From Convolutriloba macropyga (taxonomy: Eukaryota), in the NCBI RefSeq assembly GCF_964194025.1, contig NC_134480.1, forward strand, positions 41,788,001 through 41,852,000: a DNA stretch of 64,000 bases. The letters run 5' to 3'. Within the stretch, counting starts at the first letter, position 1. Each line of letters begins with the position of its first letter. Below, one piece after another: positions 43,001-54,707 of the stretch. Below the pieces are notes generated by a model. That model was not told the origin of the DNA and did no database searches. It saw only the letters and a program-made list of their open reading frames with translations. The position numbers were made by a program, and so were the translations under genes.

Positions 43001-46000
43001 GGTATAAATTTCACAAAATCTAATTTTTAAATAATCACAGCTCACTTGACCTTTGCGTAAATATATGTTTTTCCGAAGTAGTGTTCTGATATACAGAGAA
43101 TCCAAACATATTCCCTAATTTCTCCGATCCGCATAATGAAAACAATATTACCTTCTAAGTCCTTTTTCAGTGCAGAAATGCATTTAGTAGCCTCGCTTAT
43201 TTTGTATCGTTTTGCATATCTCAACGAATGAACTTTTAATATTGAGTCGAAGAGGACTTGCGAATTGACTCAATTTTGACGGTCCAATTCCAACCTGTAA
43301 AGTGAAATGAAATAATTCTGTTTTTTACCAATTAGTACAGAATTGTTTCTTTCTCAGCTCCTTAAATTGATGTTTTATAGTTGCAGTTGGTGAGTACTTG
43401 GTGTATAATTTGTGTAGAGATGTTGCTTAAACGAGTATGTGCATTATAAAGGAGATCGTCAGGTTAGAAAATTAAAGTTTTTTAAGTAAATCAAAAATTT
43501 TGAAAAATAAAAATCAACGTTATTTTTTAGATATATGAAATCACGACATGAGTATTTTGGAGAATCTGAGTTAAGACAACATATACAAAATAAAAGCGGG
43601 AGTTAAATCTCAAAACTACTAAAATGTATATAGTGTTCAAAGCCAGCTATTAATTAGATTTTGGGCAGACTACTATGATTTGCATGCTTGGTTTAATTAA
43701 TTTTATTTGATGCAGGTATGCCATTTTTAAGCTCAGTTTTTCAACTTGTTCCATTTATTGTATTTAACTTTTTGATCGAAAATTAAATAATTTTGCTGAA
43801 AAAACTGTTGCCGCTATTGATCAAACTTTTACGGATACACTTTAGCTCTAGTAGTTGATTCTTTGGCTCGTGATTTTCATCAATATTACAAAATTAGCAT
43901 CCTAAAAATGTCATATTAATACTGAGTAGCTGCTTTTAATTTACTGGATTGCAGTTTTTACATTTTCTTCCGGAAGTTTTTGAATTGATGGTGTTGATGT
44001 TTATTGGTTATAAATAAAGCTAGCTGTCCCAGAATTGATTATCTGTTGCATAGAATTTTACTTTAGACAGTAATGTCCTATTTCATTATTTTTGTGAAGC
44101 CCAATCCAGCTTACAACTTTTCAGTTACATATACAACAAGGAGGATCGGTAATGTGCGTTCGCACATTAAGTTCCGACCCTGCTCATCTACATTTTCACT
44201 TAATTGTCTACCAAATGAGGAAGAGATAAAGAAATCAACACGGCAACATGTCGTTCAACAAACTAATAAATGAATAAAACAATCTACCTTAGAAGGCCTC
44301 TGAGACCTGTGACTACCATTATATGACTACTACCAGAAAAGACGGCGATAAAAATCAAATAATTTCAAATATTATTTACGACCAAAACTCGTTGTCCTTT
44401 TTTTGAAAATCATTAATAACCAAATCAAGATGTCATCAGATAAAACTTACACCGAGAAAGTTAACCTATAGTTTATTAGAACAAAATATGGAACTTATCC
44501 TCAATGGGACTTGGTAACAAGTCGACAAGAAATGAGCAAAAGGGCAAAATTTAATAAAACACTGCTTTTTTGAAAAGATTAAATTTCGAACTGAATAGAA
44601 ACATTATGCATCAAATGAATTCATTGAGAGATTCTTTTATTTCTCCACAGAGAGAGATTGAAGCCTTTCACTATCGAGGATATCTCATACGACTGCAAAA
44701 AGAACGACGAATAGAGGCAAAAATGAAAAATTGGCACGAAAAAATTCGCACAAAAAAATTTGCACGAAAACGATGTCCCAGCCAATTAACATTAAGCTGT
44801 TCATTAAAAACATTGAAAATCTTCGATTGCGTTTTATTAAAGTGAAAAAATTGTGAATCATGGCGCCCATTACTGAAATACTGTGAAAAGAAAACAAAAA
44901 CCTACAAAAAAGGGGCAAATATGCAAAAATTACGAATATTTTATGAAAACTGGTTGGACCAAGCGGAAAAGACAATTTGAGGAAAATAAAACCGTTATGA
45001 AGAGCAAATTGTTTATCAAAAGATAAATGACGCAACTAATTTGTTTTTTCGACGAAAAAGTGACAATTGTATGGCAGTGGCAATTGTACTTTTTGTTTTT
45101 CGATGGATAGTTTCTTGTTTATAAGAATAATTTATGTGACTACTATCTGTAAGCTCAACAAGTGTTTGTTTTAGTAGGATTATGGTTGTTTGTGAAACAA
45201 ACTGGTGTTTAGACACTCCATAATCGTTAAGCTGTTGATGGCATTTAAATAAAATTAAAAACTAGAGAATCTCGAACTTTAAGAATTGTCGTTTTTGTTT
45301 TTTCGATGAAAAATGAAGTTGGTTTTTCAATTGCGTGGCTATAATTTTTTTATAGTGCAAGAGAACATCATTTTTGTAGTTTATGACTAATATAGCAAAT
45401 TGAAAACCTTTCCAGCGCGAAGATGGCCATCATGTCCGAAAGATTTAAGAAATTTTGTTCTATAAAAAGTCAAATTTGGAATTTCTAACGCTTATGTCTC
45501 TCATCCATCAACATATGAATATTTATCAGAGCAGAATATTTATCTGCGTCATATTTAACATTTTTTTGTCTCATTATTAATACAGAAAACCTGCAATGCT
45601 GTGTTTTGCATTTTCCGTATTTCTCTCGTAGAAATACTTTATTTGATGATATTGTTATATGATAATTAAAAATAACAGCCATTCTATTAGGTTTGACTTA
45701 ATTTTTTTTGGGTTGATTTTAAAAGAGATTGTGATGGCAAAAAAGAAGACTTTTTTGAAAAAAAGTATTGAAAAATGCGTTTACAGGTCTTTCAATCTAC
45801 AAAAAAGCTTGCCCTAAACACAAATATCGACATCCACCTCGTTGTTTAAGCTCCGTGAGATTTGGAAAAGCATCACAATTAATCTTGAAGAATTAAACAA
45901 TTGCGATGGTTGTGTTTGAACTGCTGGCTGAAAGAAAGATATATTTTTCAGAAAAGTGCTTGTAAAGCTTTTTTTTCTTCAAATTATGTCGATGCTTGTC

Positions 46001-46902
46001 GCGCAAGTTTTTTATTAACCTTCACTGCCCAAAGTTATAAAGCAAAGTGGACCACTTCCTGCCAAATGAAAATCTGTTTAGCTTTATGGTTTTTGATTTC
46101 GTTCTCGTATTTCTGAAATTTTATTTTTGCAAACGGAAACAAACTTCTGCATGCGATTGATGGTTATGGTCGAGCTTTTAGGTTTCCAAAATTCAATTTA
46201 TGTAGAGCGGTTGGAATCTTAAAAATTTCAAATAGCTATGATTGCTTTTTCCGTCCGTTATTTTTAACAATCAACTGTCTGTATTCAGAATGATTTCAAC
46301 CGTCATTTGTTATTAGTTGTAGTAGCCGAAGAAAAGATTTGCTTTCAGGATTTTTATTAGATTTCGATTAAAAGGATCTTTAGGTATCACATTAACCATC
46401 ACCAGTATTTTTTGGATTTTTTTCAGGAGTTGACCATAATCTGTTAGTTTTTTTGCTTCATAAAGAAAATACAATAAATAAAATAAAACTTGTCATTAAT
46501 AGCTGCCGATAACTATCAATCTAGCGTTAGGTAGACTGAATTGTAACAATTGATTTATAAATGTGATCATGCTATAAAGTTTGAAAAAAATGCTAATGTG
46601 CGGGTGTCCCGCCTCCTGCAGGTAAGTTTGACTATGTGTGTGTGATAGTGCTGCGATTGGCCGTCAGAGAACCCAGCTAATCAGCTTGCATTGCTGATGC
46701 CAGTGCTGGTGGTTCCTACAAAAACGTGGCTTAATTGTTCTTGTTGGCACTATATGCCTGGTGTGCCTTTTGCCCACTGTTGTTCGTGGGCATCAATTAA
46801 CATTTTGCGTGTGATTTTTTTTATCAAATCTTTTTTTGCTACTGTGACAAATAACCAATCCTGAACCTTCTTTTGCACAGCAAAATGAACATCATGCTTT
46901 GG

Positions 46903-47014
46903 AGTAGTATATCGTGAGCAAGAGTGGGGCGGGTAAAAGGAAGTACCTATGTATTAACATTAGGTATAGCCTCCTACCCTCCAATTTCCAAAGATGTACC
47001 TCCTCACAGCATGA
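46903..47014 (+). repeat. Left terminal inverted repeat of the Polinton
   Basis: AGTAGTATATCGTGAGCAAGAGTGGGG...CCTCACAGCATGA is the reverse complement of 63599-63716, apart from the G-run and one substitution. Confidence 0.97.
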
Positions 47015-47320
47015 TACTCAAGCTGTTCACACGAAAGGGATTAGCAGGATAATCCTTTAATAATAAATTAGGATGACTCATTTACAGTTACGTACGACTT
47101 TTCAAAAATGCACCTCACAGCATGACACCAAGCTGTTCACACAAAGGGGGATTAGCTAGGTAATGTTTTAATATTAAAATAGATAGGATGACTCATTTAC
47201 ACTTATGTACAGCTTACGTGATTTTCAAAAATGTACCTCACAGTATGATACCCAAGCCCTTCACACTAAAGGGATTAGCAAGATAGTGTCTTAACAACAA
47301 ACTAATAAGGTCATTTACCC
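46985..47320 (+). repeat. Left subterminal tandem array, 3 units of ~110-125 bp
   Basis: Core CCTCACAG(C/T)ATGA..C.CAAGC..TTCACAC.AA.GGGATTAGC recurs near 47002, 47113 and 47236. Confidence 0.9.
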
Positions 47321-47743
47321 ACCCATTCCCATATTAACAAAAAAGTACAATTTTTTATTTTTGGTTTTTACAGATTTTTTTTACAATTTTTTAAATCAAT
47401 TTTTTGTTTAAAATAGTGTTTCACTGTATCGTTTTAAACTGAAGTTCCAATTTTCCGATTTCAGAAAAATTTGTATTATTGTTTTGAAAATGTCTATTTC
47501 TTAATTTTTTTTAGCCAATCACATAATCTGTCAGATCTGATTTTGGAATGTTGATGCTGAAAAACATTTACGATTCATTTTGTCTTTTTTCTTGGTTGAA
47601 CATAAGTAGCCTAAAAAAAATGCAAAATACTCCAATTCTTCCTTTACTTCCTTCAACATCTTTTCTTTCTACTTCATTCAGATTTAGATTACGCTCCTAT
47701 CACGGAAGCATCAATATTTAAAACGGTAGTAACCGATAACAAT

Positions 47744-48199
47744 TTGGAATTATCTTTTGAGGTGGATTGCACTAGAGTAACAATTAAAACTCAGACAACT
47801 AGCTTGACACTTCCGAAGGATTTGTGGAGAACTTTAGAGGCAGCTAGACATCATAACCTCCACCTAGCCGTAGAAAAAGTCAACAATTCACTGCTTTCTC
47901 TCCAAACTTATTTTCAAACCATTGAAAGAATTCGAAAAGAACAAGGGTTTCACCCGTTGAAAGACAGCAAAGGAATTATGTTCCCGTACTCTCGTGACAT
48001 AAATCACTACGGTGTTTGGTGGGTAGAAGACATGTTCTCCAAGCATGCGGACTCATTTTCTAAAAAACCAGAAGCCTTCAATCTGCCCGATTTCAAAGAC
48101 CTTATTCTTCCTCCGATCCAGGAAACTGACAATGAAGAGACTCAATCATCTCATCAAAATATTCCTTTCTCGAACTATAGGTGTTCTCCAATAGAATAG
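47744..48199 (+). CDS. Polinton accessory protein, unknown function (true start probably upstream or spliced)
   Basis: 151-aa ORF inside the element. The frame stays open upstream of the TTG start to a pyrimidine-rich CAG acceptor-like site near 47680. Confidence 0.55.
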   Translation: MELSFEVDCTRVTIKTQTTSLTLPKDLWRTLEAARHHNLHLAVEKVNNSLLSLQTYFQTIERIRKEQGFHPLKDSKGIMFPYSRDINHYGVWWVEDMFSKHADSFSKKPEAFNLPDFKDLILPPIQETDNEETQSSHQNIPFSNYRCSPIE

Positions 48200-48539
48200 T
48201 GAGATAACTCGCTTTTGTTTGATGCTAAATTCACCCTCACGTGACTAAATATAGAAAACTCATCTTTGGCATCTCGTGATGTTACTAAAAATAGAAGTGA
48301 CATAACTATTACGTCATGACGCACGCTCTATTTTCTTTGGTTACGAATTATTTTATAACATCTCATTGGATACGAAGTTTATTTTTCGCTACTGTTCTCG
48401 TTCTTACTTAAATTTCATTGGTTCAAGATATCAAGCCCTTTCTTGAAGACAATTCATTCATTTGTTTCTTTCCACTCCAATATTCAGTTACCCTTGTATA
48501 CCCAACTTTTCTACTTTAAAAACTCATTTTTACTTACTG

Positions 48540-49136
48540 ATGGATCAAAGCTCAGTCTCACCTAATTCCAAAAAACAATTCTCCTTTCCCATCCGCAAAC
48601 GAAATTACAAGGGAAAACCAGTTGTTCCCTCTCCACAGTTTGATTACCACAATGAGAGCATGTTTTCTCTATTTAAAGACATGAACGATAAAAAAGACAA
48701 CACCGACTCAAAACCAATTGAGGAGCACGATGGAAGAAACAACTGTTGGTCCTTTCAAGAATACGGTAACCGGAAAGTTCAAATCAGCATCCCAGAGGAA
48801 ACAATCAACACAAACTCTAACTGGACTCACTTGAAAGTATTTCGCGAAAATGTGGAAACTGAGTATATTCTGCATCAATTTCTGATGCTATCGGCCAGAG
48901 AATTGAAGCTTGTTATTGAAAAGATACCTGAGATGATAAAAGAAGCACTACTGTTCGAACCTACTGTAGGTACTGCGAAGCTGGTGATTGACGAAACTGT
49001 GTTCCAACCAACTGATGTTAAGGAAAAAGCAAAATTTGATGTGTTCTGGGAGGTGAGTGAGACTGCTCGACGGAAGGTGTGTGTGACTAGAATATTTTTC
49101 CAAGATGATCCGAATCGATGTGATGTTTGTCTTTAG
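48540..49136 (+). CDS. Polinton accessory protein, possibly PC4-like ssDNA-binding fold
   Basis: ATG at 48540 (MDQSS). Segment RKVQIS...THLKVFRE...FLMLSARELKLVIEKIPEM has a beta-beta-beta-helix pattern resembling PC4, judged by eye only. TATA-like, E-box and ATF-like motifs lie upstream at 48237-48325. Confidence 0.6.
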   Translation: MDQSSVSPNSKKQFSFPIRKRNYKGKPVVPSPQFDYHNESMFSLFKDMNDKKDNTDSKPIEEHDGRNNCWSFQEYGNRKVQISIPEETINTNSNWTHLKVFRENVETEYILHQFLMLSARELKLVIEKIPEMIKEALLFEPTVGTAKLVIDETVFQPTDVKEKAKFDVFWEVSETARRKVCVTRIFFQDDPNRCDVCL

Positions 49137-49176
49137 TCACTTTTTAAAATTTAATGTTCCAGTACAGTTGCTTGAT

Positions 49177-49575
49177 ATGAACATTGAGGAATTTGTAGCG
49201 TTAGAGAAATAAATCAGTAAACTTTTTGTTGGAAATACAAAACGCAAAAATTATTTTTTGGCTGTCTGTCGAAGCTTGATCAAAAATGTAGATCTGGATA
49301 AAATCAACAGAGAAGCTCCGTTTGGGGGACTAATAGGAGTTGGTGACTCAAAGTTAGAAAAACTTCTCAATTGGTCAAAAGTTTTTCGATTACATGCTAC
49401 ATTTCATGATGCCGCAGGATACCTGAAAACAAATCTAAATATCGGCCCTGGATATTGTTACATGGTTCCATTTTTTAATTCTATATTGAATTTTTGTTTC
49501 TTGGGACATATAACAGGTCTTGCATATTGTTGTTTTTTGAAAATGTCACCACGATTCCAATTTATCAAAGTGTGA
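49177..49575 (+). pseudogene. Phospholipase A2-like (HD motif) small protein with a premature stop
   Basis: ATG 49177 MNIEEFVALEK, TAA at 49210-49212, then in-frame ...GGLIGVG...RLHATFHDAAGYL. A Gly-rich loop followed by HxxxHD resembles viral PLA2 domains. Confidence 0.5.
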
Positions 49576-49617
49576 ATCATTATTTCCTAAAGACGAACAA
49601 AACTCAGTTGCTCTCTA

Positions 49618-49872
49618 ATGACAGATCATCTAAATCACGCATCTGACTTTATTTTTGATAATAACAATCAAGAAAGACCTCCTTGGAAAATCTGTGGTCG
49701 CACTTGCTCTCGAACAGCTTTTTTGTCAATATTTCAGTGCTTAGTTGTATTAGTACTGCTTCTGTTTTCAATTATTAATCTTATTTTTGCTAGAACTTGT
49801 GACAAACGAACAGTTTGGATTGCTATTCTTTCAAGTGCCGTTGGTTATATACTTCCTAATCCCAGAACATAA
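49618..49872 (+). CDS. Small two-transmembrane-helix viral membrane protein
   Basis: 84 aa with hydrophobic segments FLSIFQCLVVLVLLLFSIINLIF and VWIAILSSAVGYILP. It ends 1 nt before the ATPase ATG. Confidence 0.75.
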   Translation: MTDHLNHASDFIFDNNNQERPPWKICGRTCSRTAFLSIFQCLVVLVLLLFSIINLIFARTCDKRTVWIAILSSAVGYILPNPRT

Positions 49873-49873
49873 A

Positions 49874-50614
49874 ATGAACAAAATCATTTCAACAAACGAA
49901 CGAATTTTGATGTATCTTGTTGGTCGTTCCGGATCTGGAAAAACTGTTTTTATCAATGATATGCTACGAATGAAAACTTTTCAACCATCATTTGATCGAA
50001 TTTTATACTTTTATAAGCACTTTCAGTCAATTTACGACACAATGATGCAATCAATTGCAGACATAGAATTCATTCAGGGAGTTGACTTTGATTTAATCGA
50101 TAACTTACCCGCTGACGGCACTAAATATTTACTTATATTCGATGATTCATTGGACATTCTTTCCAAGTGGGAAAAATTCAACGGAATTGCGACAGCCGGT
50201 AGACATCGAAACCTAAATTGTGTATATATCAAGCATAATCTCTTCCACAAAAACAAAACTGGACGTGATGCCGAGCTGCAGACTACTCACATTGTTTTGT
50301 TCAAATCACCGAGAGATGTGCAGCAGATTGATATCTTGGGGAGACAGCTAGGACTCGGAAGACAACTAAAACAGTGGTATGATGATGCAACAGAAAGTCC
50401 ATATGGTCATCTTATGATTGATTTGAGACCATCTACACCTGACTTGTTGAGATACTGTTCAAATGTAACATCATTTCCCTCAGAATTCTTTGTACCGAAC
50501 AGTCGTGCTCGTATTACTGATATTAATGATAAACGCACAGAACTATTATACTCTGCAGCTCTTTCGCAATCTCAGCAAGAAATTTCAACCAGCTTTCCTT
50601 CTAAATTGTCCTAA
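49874..50614 (+). CDS. A32/FtsK-HerA-family DNA packaging ATPase
   Basis: Walker A GRSGSGKT, Walker B LLIFDD, arginine-finger motif GRH, and downstream HIVLFKSPRD and PYGHLMIDL. Intact ORF from ATG 49874. Confidence 0.95.
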   Translation: MNKIISTNERILMYLVGRSGSGKTVFINDMLRMKTFQPSFDRILYFYKHFQSIYDTMMQSIADIEFIQGVDFDLIDNLPADGTKYLLIFDDSLDILSKWEKFNGIATAGRHRNLNCVYIKHNLFHKNKTGRDAELQTTHIVLFKSPRDVQQIDILGRQLGLGRQLKQWYDDATESPYGHLMIDLRPSTPDLLRYCSNVTSFPSEFFVPNSRARITDINDKRTELLYSAALSQSQQEISTSFPSKLS

Positions 50615-50846
50615 AGAGTTCATCAGATTTCACTGTGAGTGTATTGTAAACTTGATTGAAGGAAACCTCATAGCAGTAAGAAAAAATCAGTTTGTTCGCT
50701 TCCAAAAACAACTTAGAAAACTCACGTCAAAATCAACAACCCTCAATTCCAGAAGACTTATATTGGGCTCGAAAGCTGGAATAACAATTTTAAATTACAT
50801 ATATCAACCTTGTATGAATAAATTTTCAAATTTCTTCAATGAGTGA
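50526..50846 (+). CDS. Conserved small basic Polinton protein (putative virion core protein)
   Basis: CECIVNLIEGNL...KQLRKL...RRLILGSKAG pattern typical of the small gene that follows the ATPase in Mavericks. It overlaps the ATPase end. Confidence 0.75.
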   Translation: MINAQNYYTLQLFRNLSKKFQPAFLLNCPKEFIRFHCECIVNLIEGNLIAVRKNQFVRFQKQLRKLTSKSTTLNSRRLILGSKAGITILNYIYQPCMNKFSNFFNE

Positions 50847-51309
50847 GGTCAAAAAGTTTGTTCTTGTTCCAAAAGAACTGTGGGAGAGCAGAAAAAGGAA
50901 ATTACCGGAACCCTACAGCGAGATCTATAAAAAAGAAGAAACAGTTTTCCCAGTTATCAAAAAAGTGAAAGAAGAAGTTAGTTCCGAAAAAAACGAGCGT
51001 CCACATAAAGAACTTAAGACAGACCTGGATTTTCTTTATGAGAACTATCCTGAGACATTGAAAACTTTGAAAGAGATTTACGAAAACAAACGGTTAAAAA
51101 TTTCACTTTCCAATACAGTTATTGTTGACAACGTTGACGCAGGAGTTGATATAAAAACATTCCTTTGTTCAATTAAATTGAAGAACGCTCCAGTTGATCC
51201 AAACTATTTCCTTATTCTTAAAGTTCTAAATCTGAGACCACATCTGGTTAAAAACAACATTTTGAGGACAAAGTATGGCTCAGACTGGTTCAATTACAGT
51301 TTCAGATAG
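50839..51309 (+). CDS. Polinton protein of unknown function upstream of integrase
   Basis: 156 aa with N-terminal KKFVLVP and a C-terminal Trp. Overlapping start/stop arrangement with both neighbours. Confidence 0.75.
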   Translation: MSEVKKFVLVPKELWESRKRKLPEPYSEIYKKEETVFPVIKKVKEEVSSEKNERPHKELKTDLDFLYENYPETLKTLKEIYENKRLKISLSNTVIVDNVDAGVDIKTFLCSIKLKNAPVDPNYFLILKVLNLRPHLVKNNILRTKYGSDWFNYSFR

Positions 51310-52219
51310 AATCAAATTGCAGAAGTTGTATAAAGGGAAGGGACCAGCAGCTTTCGGTTCTATCAATAACCTAACAAAATCAAGTGGAATCAGTCGCGAG
51401 AGAGTTACTGAATTTTTACAGTCAAAAGACTCTTATACGAAGTACAAAGGAATCAGACGAAAATTTCCCCGGCTAAATGCGCATGCTCGCTATATTGATG
51501 AGATTTGGTGCTTGGATCTTGCTCAAATGGATAAACTATCACAATGGAACCGAGGTATCAACTTTTTACTCGTTACTGTCGATGTTTTTTCTCGATTCTT
51601 GCGAGTAGAAGCATTACGAAGCAAAGGAGCAGAGGGTGTGAAAGCAGCTTTTATCAAAATGTGTTCGAAAAAGAACGAACTCAATTTCCCAAAAACGTTA
51701 TGGCTAGATCAAGGAAAAGAGTTTTTTGGAGATATGGCCAATTTCTGCGAGGATGTGGGAGTCAAATATTTCACACTTATAGTGAAACAAAAGTAGCTTT
51801 TGGCGAGAGAGCTATACGAACCCTGAAAAACTTAATTTACCGCTACCTGGAGGAAAAGGACACATTATCTTACATCAAAGACCTGCAAATGTTTGTTGAC
51901 ATCATCAACTCTAGAATAAATCGAAGTTTTTGGTTTGGCACCCAAAAATGTAGTCAATGCTGACTTTTTGACTGCCATGTACAAGCGGATGAAACTACGA
52001 AAAAACAAGATGCCTAATTTTAAAGTAGGTGATAAAGTTCGGATGGTATTAGTAGGGCACAATTTTCAAAAAGGATATAAGCCTCACTATACACATGAAA
52101 TTTTCCTAATTCGAAAAATAAACACTTTGGCTCCTTTCCCGACTTACTTTGTTGTTGATCAGAAAGGAGACAACATTGATGGAATCTTTTACGAGCAAGA
52201 ATTGTCAAAAGTTAAATAA
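51275..52219 (+). pseudogene. Retroviral-like (rve, DDE) integrase, two frameshifts
   Basis: WCLDLAQM (D), VDVFSRF, LWLDQGKEF (D), FGERAIRTLK (E) and C-terminal FKVGDKVR...FYEQEL are spread over ORFs 51275-51796, 51544-51963 and 51935-52219. Shifts are near 51768 and 51930. Confidence 0.93.
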
Positions 52220-52246
52220 TCATTTTTCAATTAGTCGCGCTAGAAA

Positions 52247-52586
52247 ATGGACGGTTACAATCTGCCATATTTTAAAGGAGTTCCTCGTCAGAGAGGGCGT
52301 GGTTTTGGAGCCTTGGCTAGAACAGTCGCTAGAACAACTCTCCCAATTCTCAAGAAATACGTTTTACCTGCAGCAAAAAAAAATTGGACGAGATGTAATC
52401 GAGTCCGCCATTCCCGAAATTGGAGGTGTTTTATCAGGACAGACTTCAATTAAAAAAGCAGTAAAGAAGACTGCGAAATCAACAATACGAAAACAAGTTG
52501 GTGGTGGTATGAAAAAGAGGAAAAACACGAGACAAAGTATCGTTCGGCAAAAAATTCGGAAAGACTTTCTGAAGAACCTTGACTAA
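52247..52586 (+). pseudogene. Small basic/amphipathic virion protein (QRGxG type), frameshifted
   Basis: MDGYNLPYFKGVPRQRGRGFGALARTVARTTLPILKK... continues in the other frame after the A-run near 52375-52383 as KIGRDVIESAIPEIGGVLSG...QVGGGMKKRK. Confidence 0.75.
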
Positions 52587-52627
52587 TCATTTTCCCAAAC
52601 AAACGTCACAGAGTACAGTCAAACATC

Positions 52628-53427
52628 ATGAATTCGTTTTATCTTGAATTAGTATCCAACCCTTCCTCTCAAGTTTATCCTCAAAATACAATGGCTTCAT
52701 TCACTAATTTTCTTCCCGACAAAATTGAACTGGATGGATCTTGGGAAGTAGCTTTAGTCGAAGTATCATATCCCGGTATATGTTATAACGTTGAAGGAGG
52801 ATTGATGACCTTTCACTATGATGAGAAATTTAAGCATGTCTTTGCCATTCCACCAGCAGTTTTTAACTCTATGGATGAATTTGTAAAGAGTCTTACAGAT
52901 ATTCCCAAAAAAGCACGGCATCCCAAAAACTTAGATCCTCAATTTTCCATCAACATCGACAAAAAAGTCGAAGACTAACTTTTTGCAATAGAGAATCTCA
53001 AAATGTATCATTCAGCAAAAGTTTGGCTGCTAACTTGGGCGTTGAAGCTGACAAACCTGTTATGCCTTATTCGAAAAGATCATACAACACCAAGTCCTGG
53101 GCAACGGCAGATCTCCCTTTTGATATTACTGGAACACATACAGTTTTACTCTACTTGGATATAGTTGAACCCAATTCAGTCGGTGATGTGAAATGTCCTC
53201 TTCTACGCTCCTTTCCATTCAAACACCGAGAGTTCCATAATGATGAGATTTTTAAGAGATCGCAGGTTCTGAGTTATCGCAGTTTCGAACACTTGAGATT
53301 CCATAAAGTAATCAAATCGAACTTCCACAGTATCCATGTAGAATTAAGAAACGCTGCTGGACAGCTTGTTCCCTTCTTCCCTATTGGTCAAGTTCAACTT
53401 ACTTTATTATTCCAGAAAAAAACTTGA
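52628..53427 (+). pseudogene. Minor capsid protein (penton, single jelly-roll), one frameshift
   Basis: N-terminal FYLELVSN.SSQVYPQNT..SFTNFLP..IELDGSWEVALVEVSYP and C-terminal LYLDIVE..SVGD...PLLR...SIHVELRN..GQLVPF. The frames join at the A7 run 52961-52967. Confidence 0.9.
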
Positions 53428-53467
53428 TCATTTCCTCAATTATCATTATAAAAAACGGTCGGCTAAA

Positions 53468-54707
53468 ATGAATTCCTTGTCTCACTCTATGCCCGACTTT
53501 TTTCGGAAAGTTCCAATTTTAGACCCAATTCTTTGGTCCAATGAACAACAAATATTTCCAACAAATTCCTTAAACGAATCAACAATCGAATTTCAATTGG
53601 AAACTGATCGTAATATTTTCACTGACTTGCGATCTACTCGATTATTCATCAGAGGAAGGGTTATTAAAGGCGATCGAACACGTTTGGATAATGCCGCAGA
53701 AACATTACTGGTAAACAATGCTCTTCATTCACTTTTCTCTAATTGCGAAGTCTATCTAAACAATGAACAAGTTCACAGTGCCAATTCTCTTTATGCTCAC
53801 CAAGCTTTTGTCTCTGCTGAATTTTCAGGAACAAAAGGAACCAAGGAGAGCTTATCCCAATGCCAAGGATATCGATACGAGATTGAGCCGAACGATTTTA
53901 CAAAAAGAGCTTTTACAGATACTGTTTTTCAAAAAGATAAAGATGAATTTACTTTTTACGGTCCGTTGGCAATAGGTCTATTTGCTTGTGAAACTTTACT
54001 TCTCCCAAATGTCAACCTCAGACTGAAATTGATCCGATCATCTCCAGCGTTCTATATGATCGATACTGGTGGGCTGAACTCTGAGGCTATAATTTTGGAA
54101 GCTTGCCTTTTTACTAGACAGGTAGCGATCTCAGATAACTGGATGAGAAGTTTCAAAAGCAGACTGCTTCGAGAACCTGCCATATTTTACTATGATGAAG
54201 AACTTCCAAAGACGTTTATTATTCCCGCTGGACAGAACCAGTTTATACAAGAAAATATATTTCAAACAAACCAATTCGAATGATTGATATTGCTATGAAT
54301 CTGAATAATGAGTTCAGTGGAACATACAACACGAATCCGTTCCATTTTCGTAAATTTGGTCTTCGACAAGTTAAAATTGTGCGTGGGAATCAAACTATTG
54401 TAAACTTGAAAACAGAAAATCACGTGAGAGCTTATGCTGAAACAATGAAAGCACTCAAATTTGATGATGACGGTCCTAACATTCAATACAAGGATTTTAA
54501 AAAAATCATTTTCATTTATTTTTCGATCTCACTTCAACACAGGAGGCCAGTGTCGAAATGCATTTTCCTGATGTAGTTGGAGCAGGAATTCGTTTGGAGC
54601 TCTACTTTGCTAACAATTTGACCAATACTGTAAAATTATTCGTTAGTGGTGAACGTATAAGTTCAATTGCAGTTGATAAGGAGGGATCAGTCACCAAAAA
54701 TGGATAA
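53468..54707 (+). pseudogene. Major capsid protein (double jelly-roll), two frameshifts
   Basis: ATG 53468. Motifs IEFQL...DLRSTRL, VNNALHSLFSNCEVYLN, FSGTYNTNPFHF and terminal FDLTS...IRLELYF...TAA 54705-54707. Shifts are near 54263 and 54500. Confidence 0.9.
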
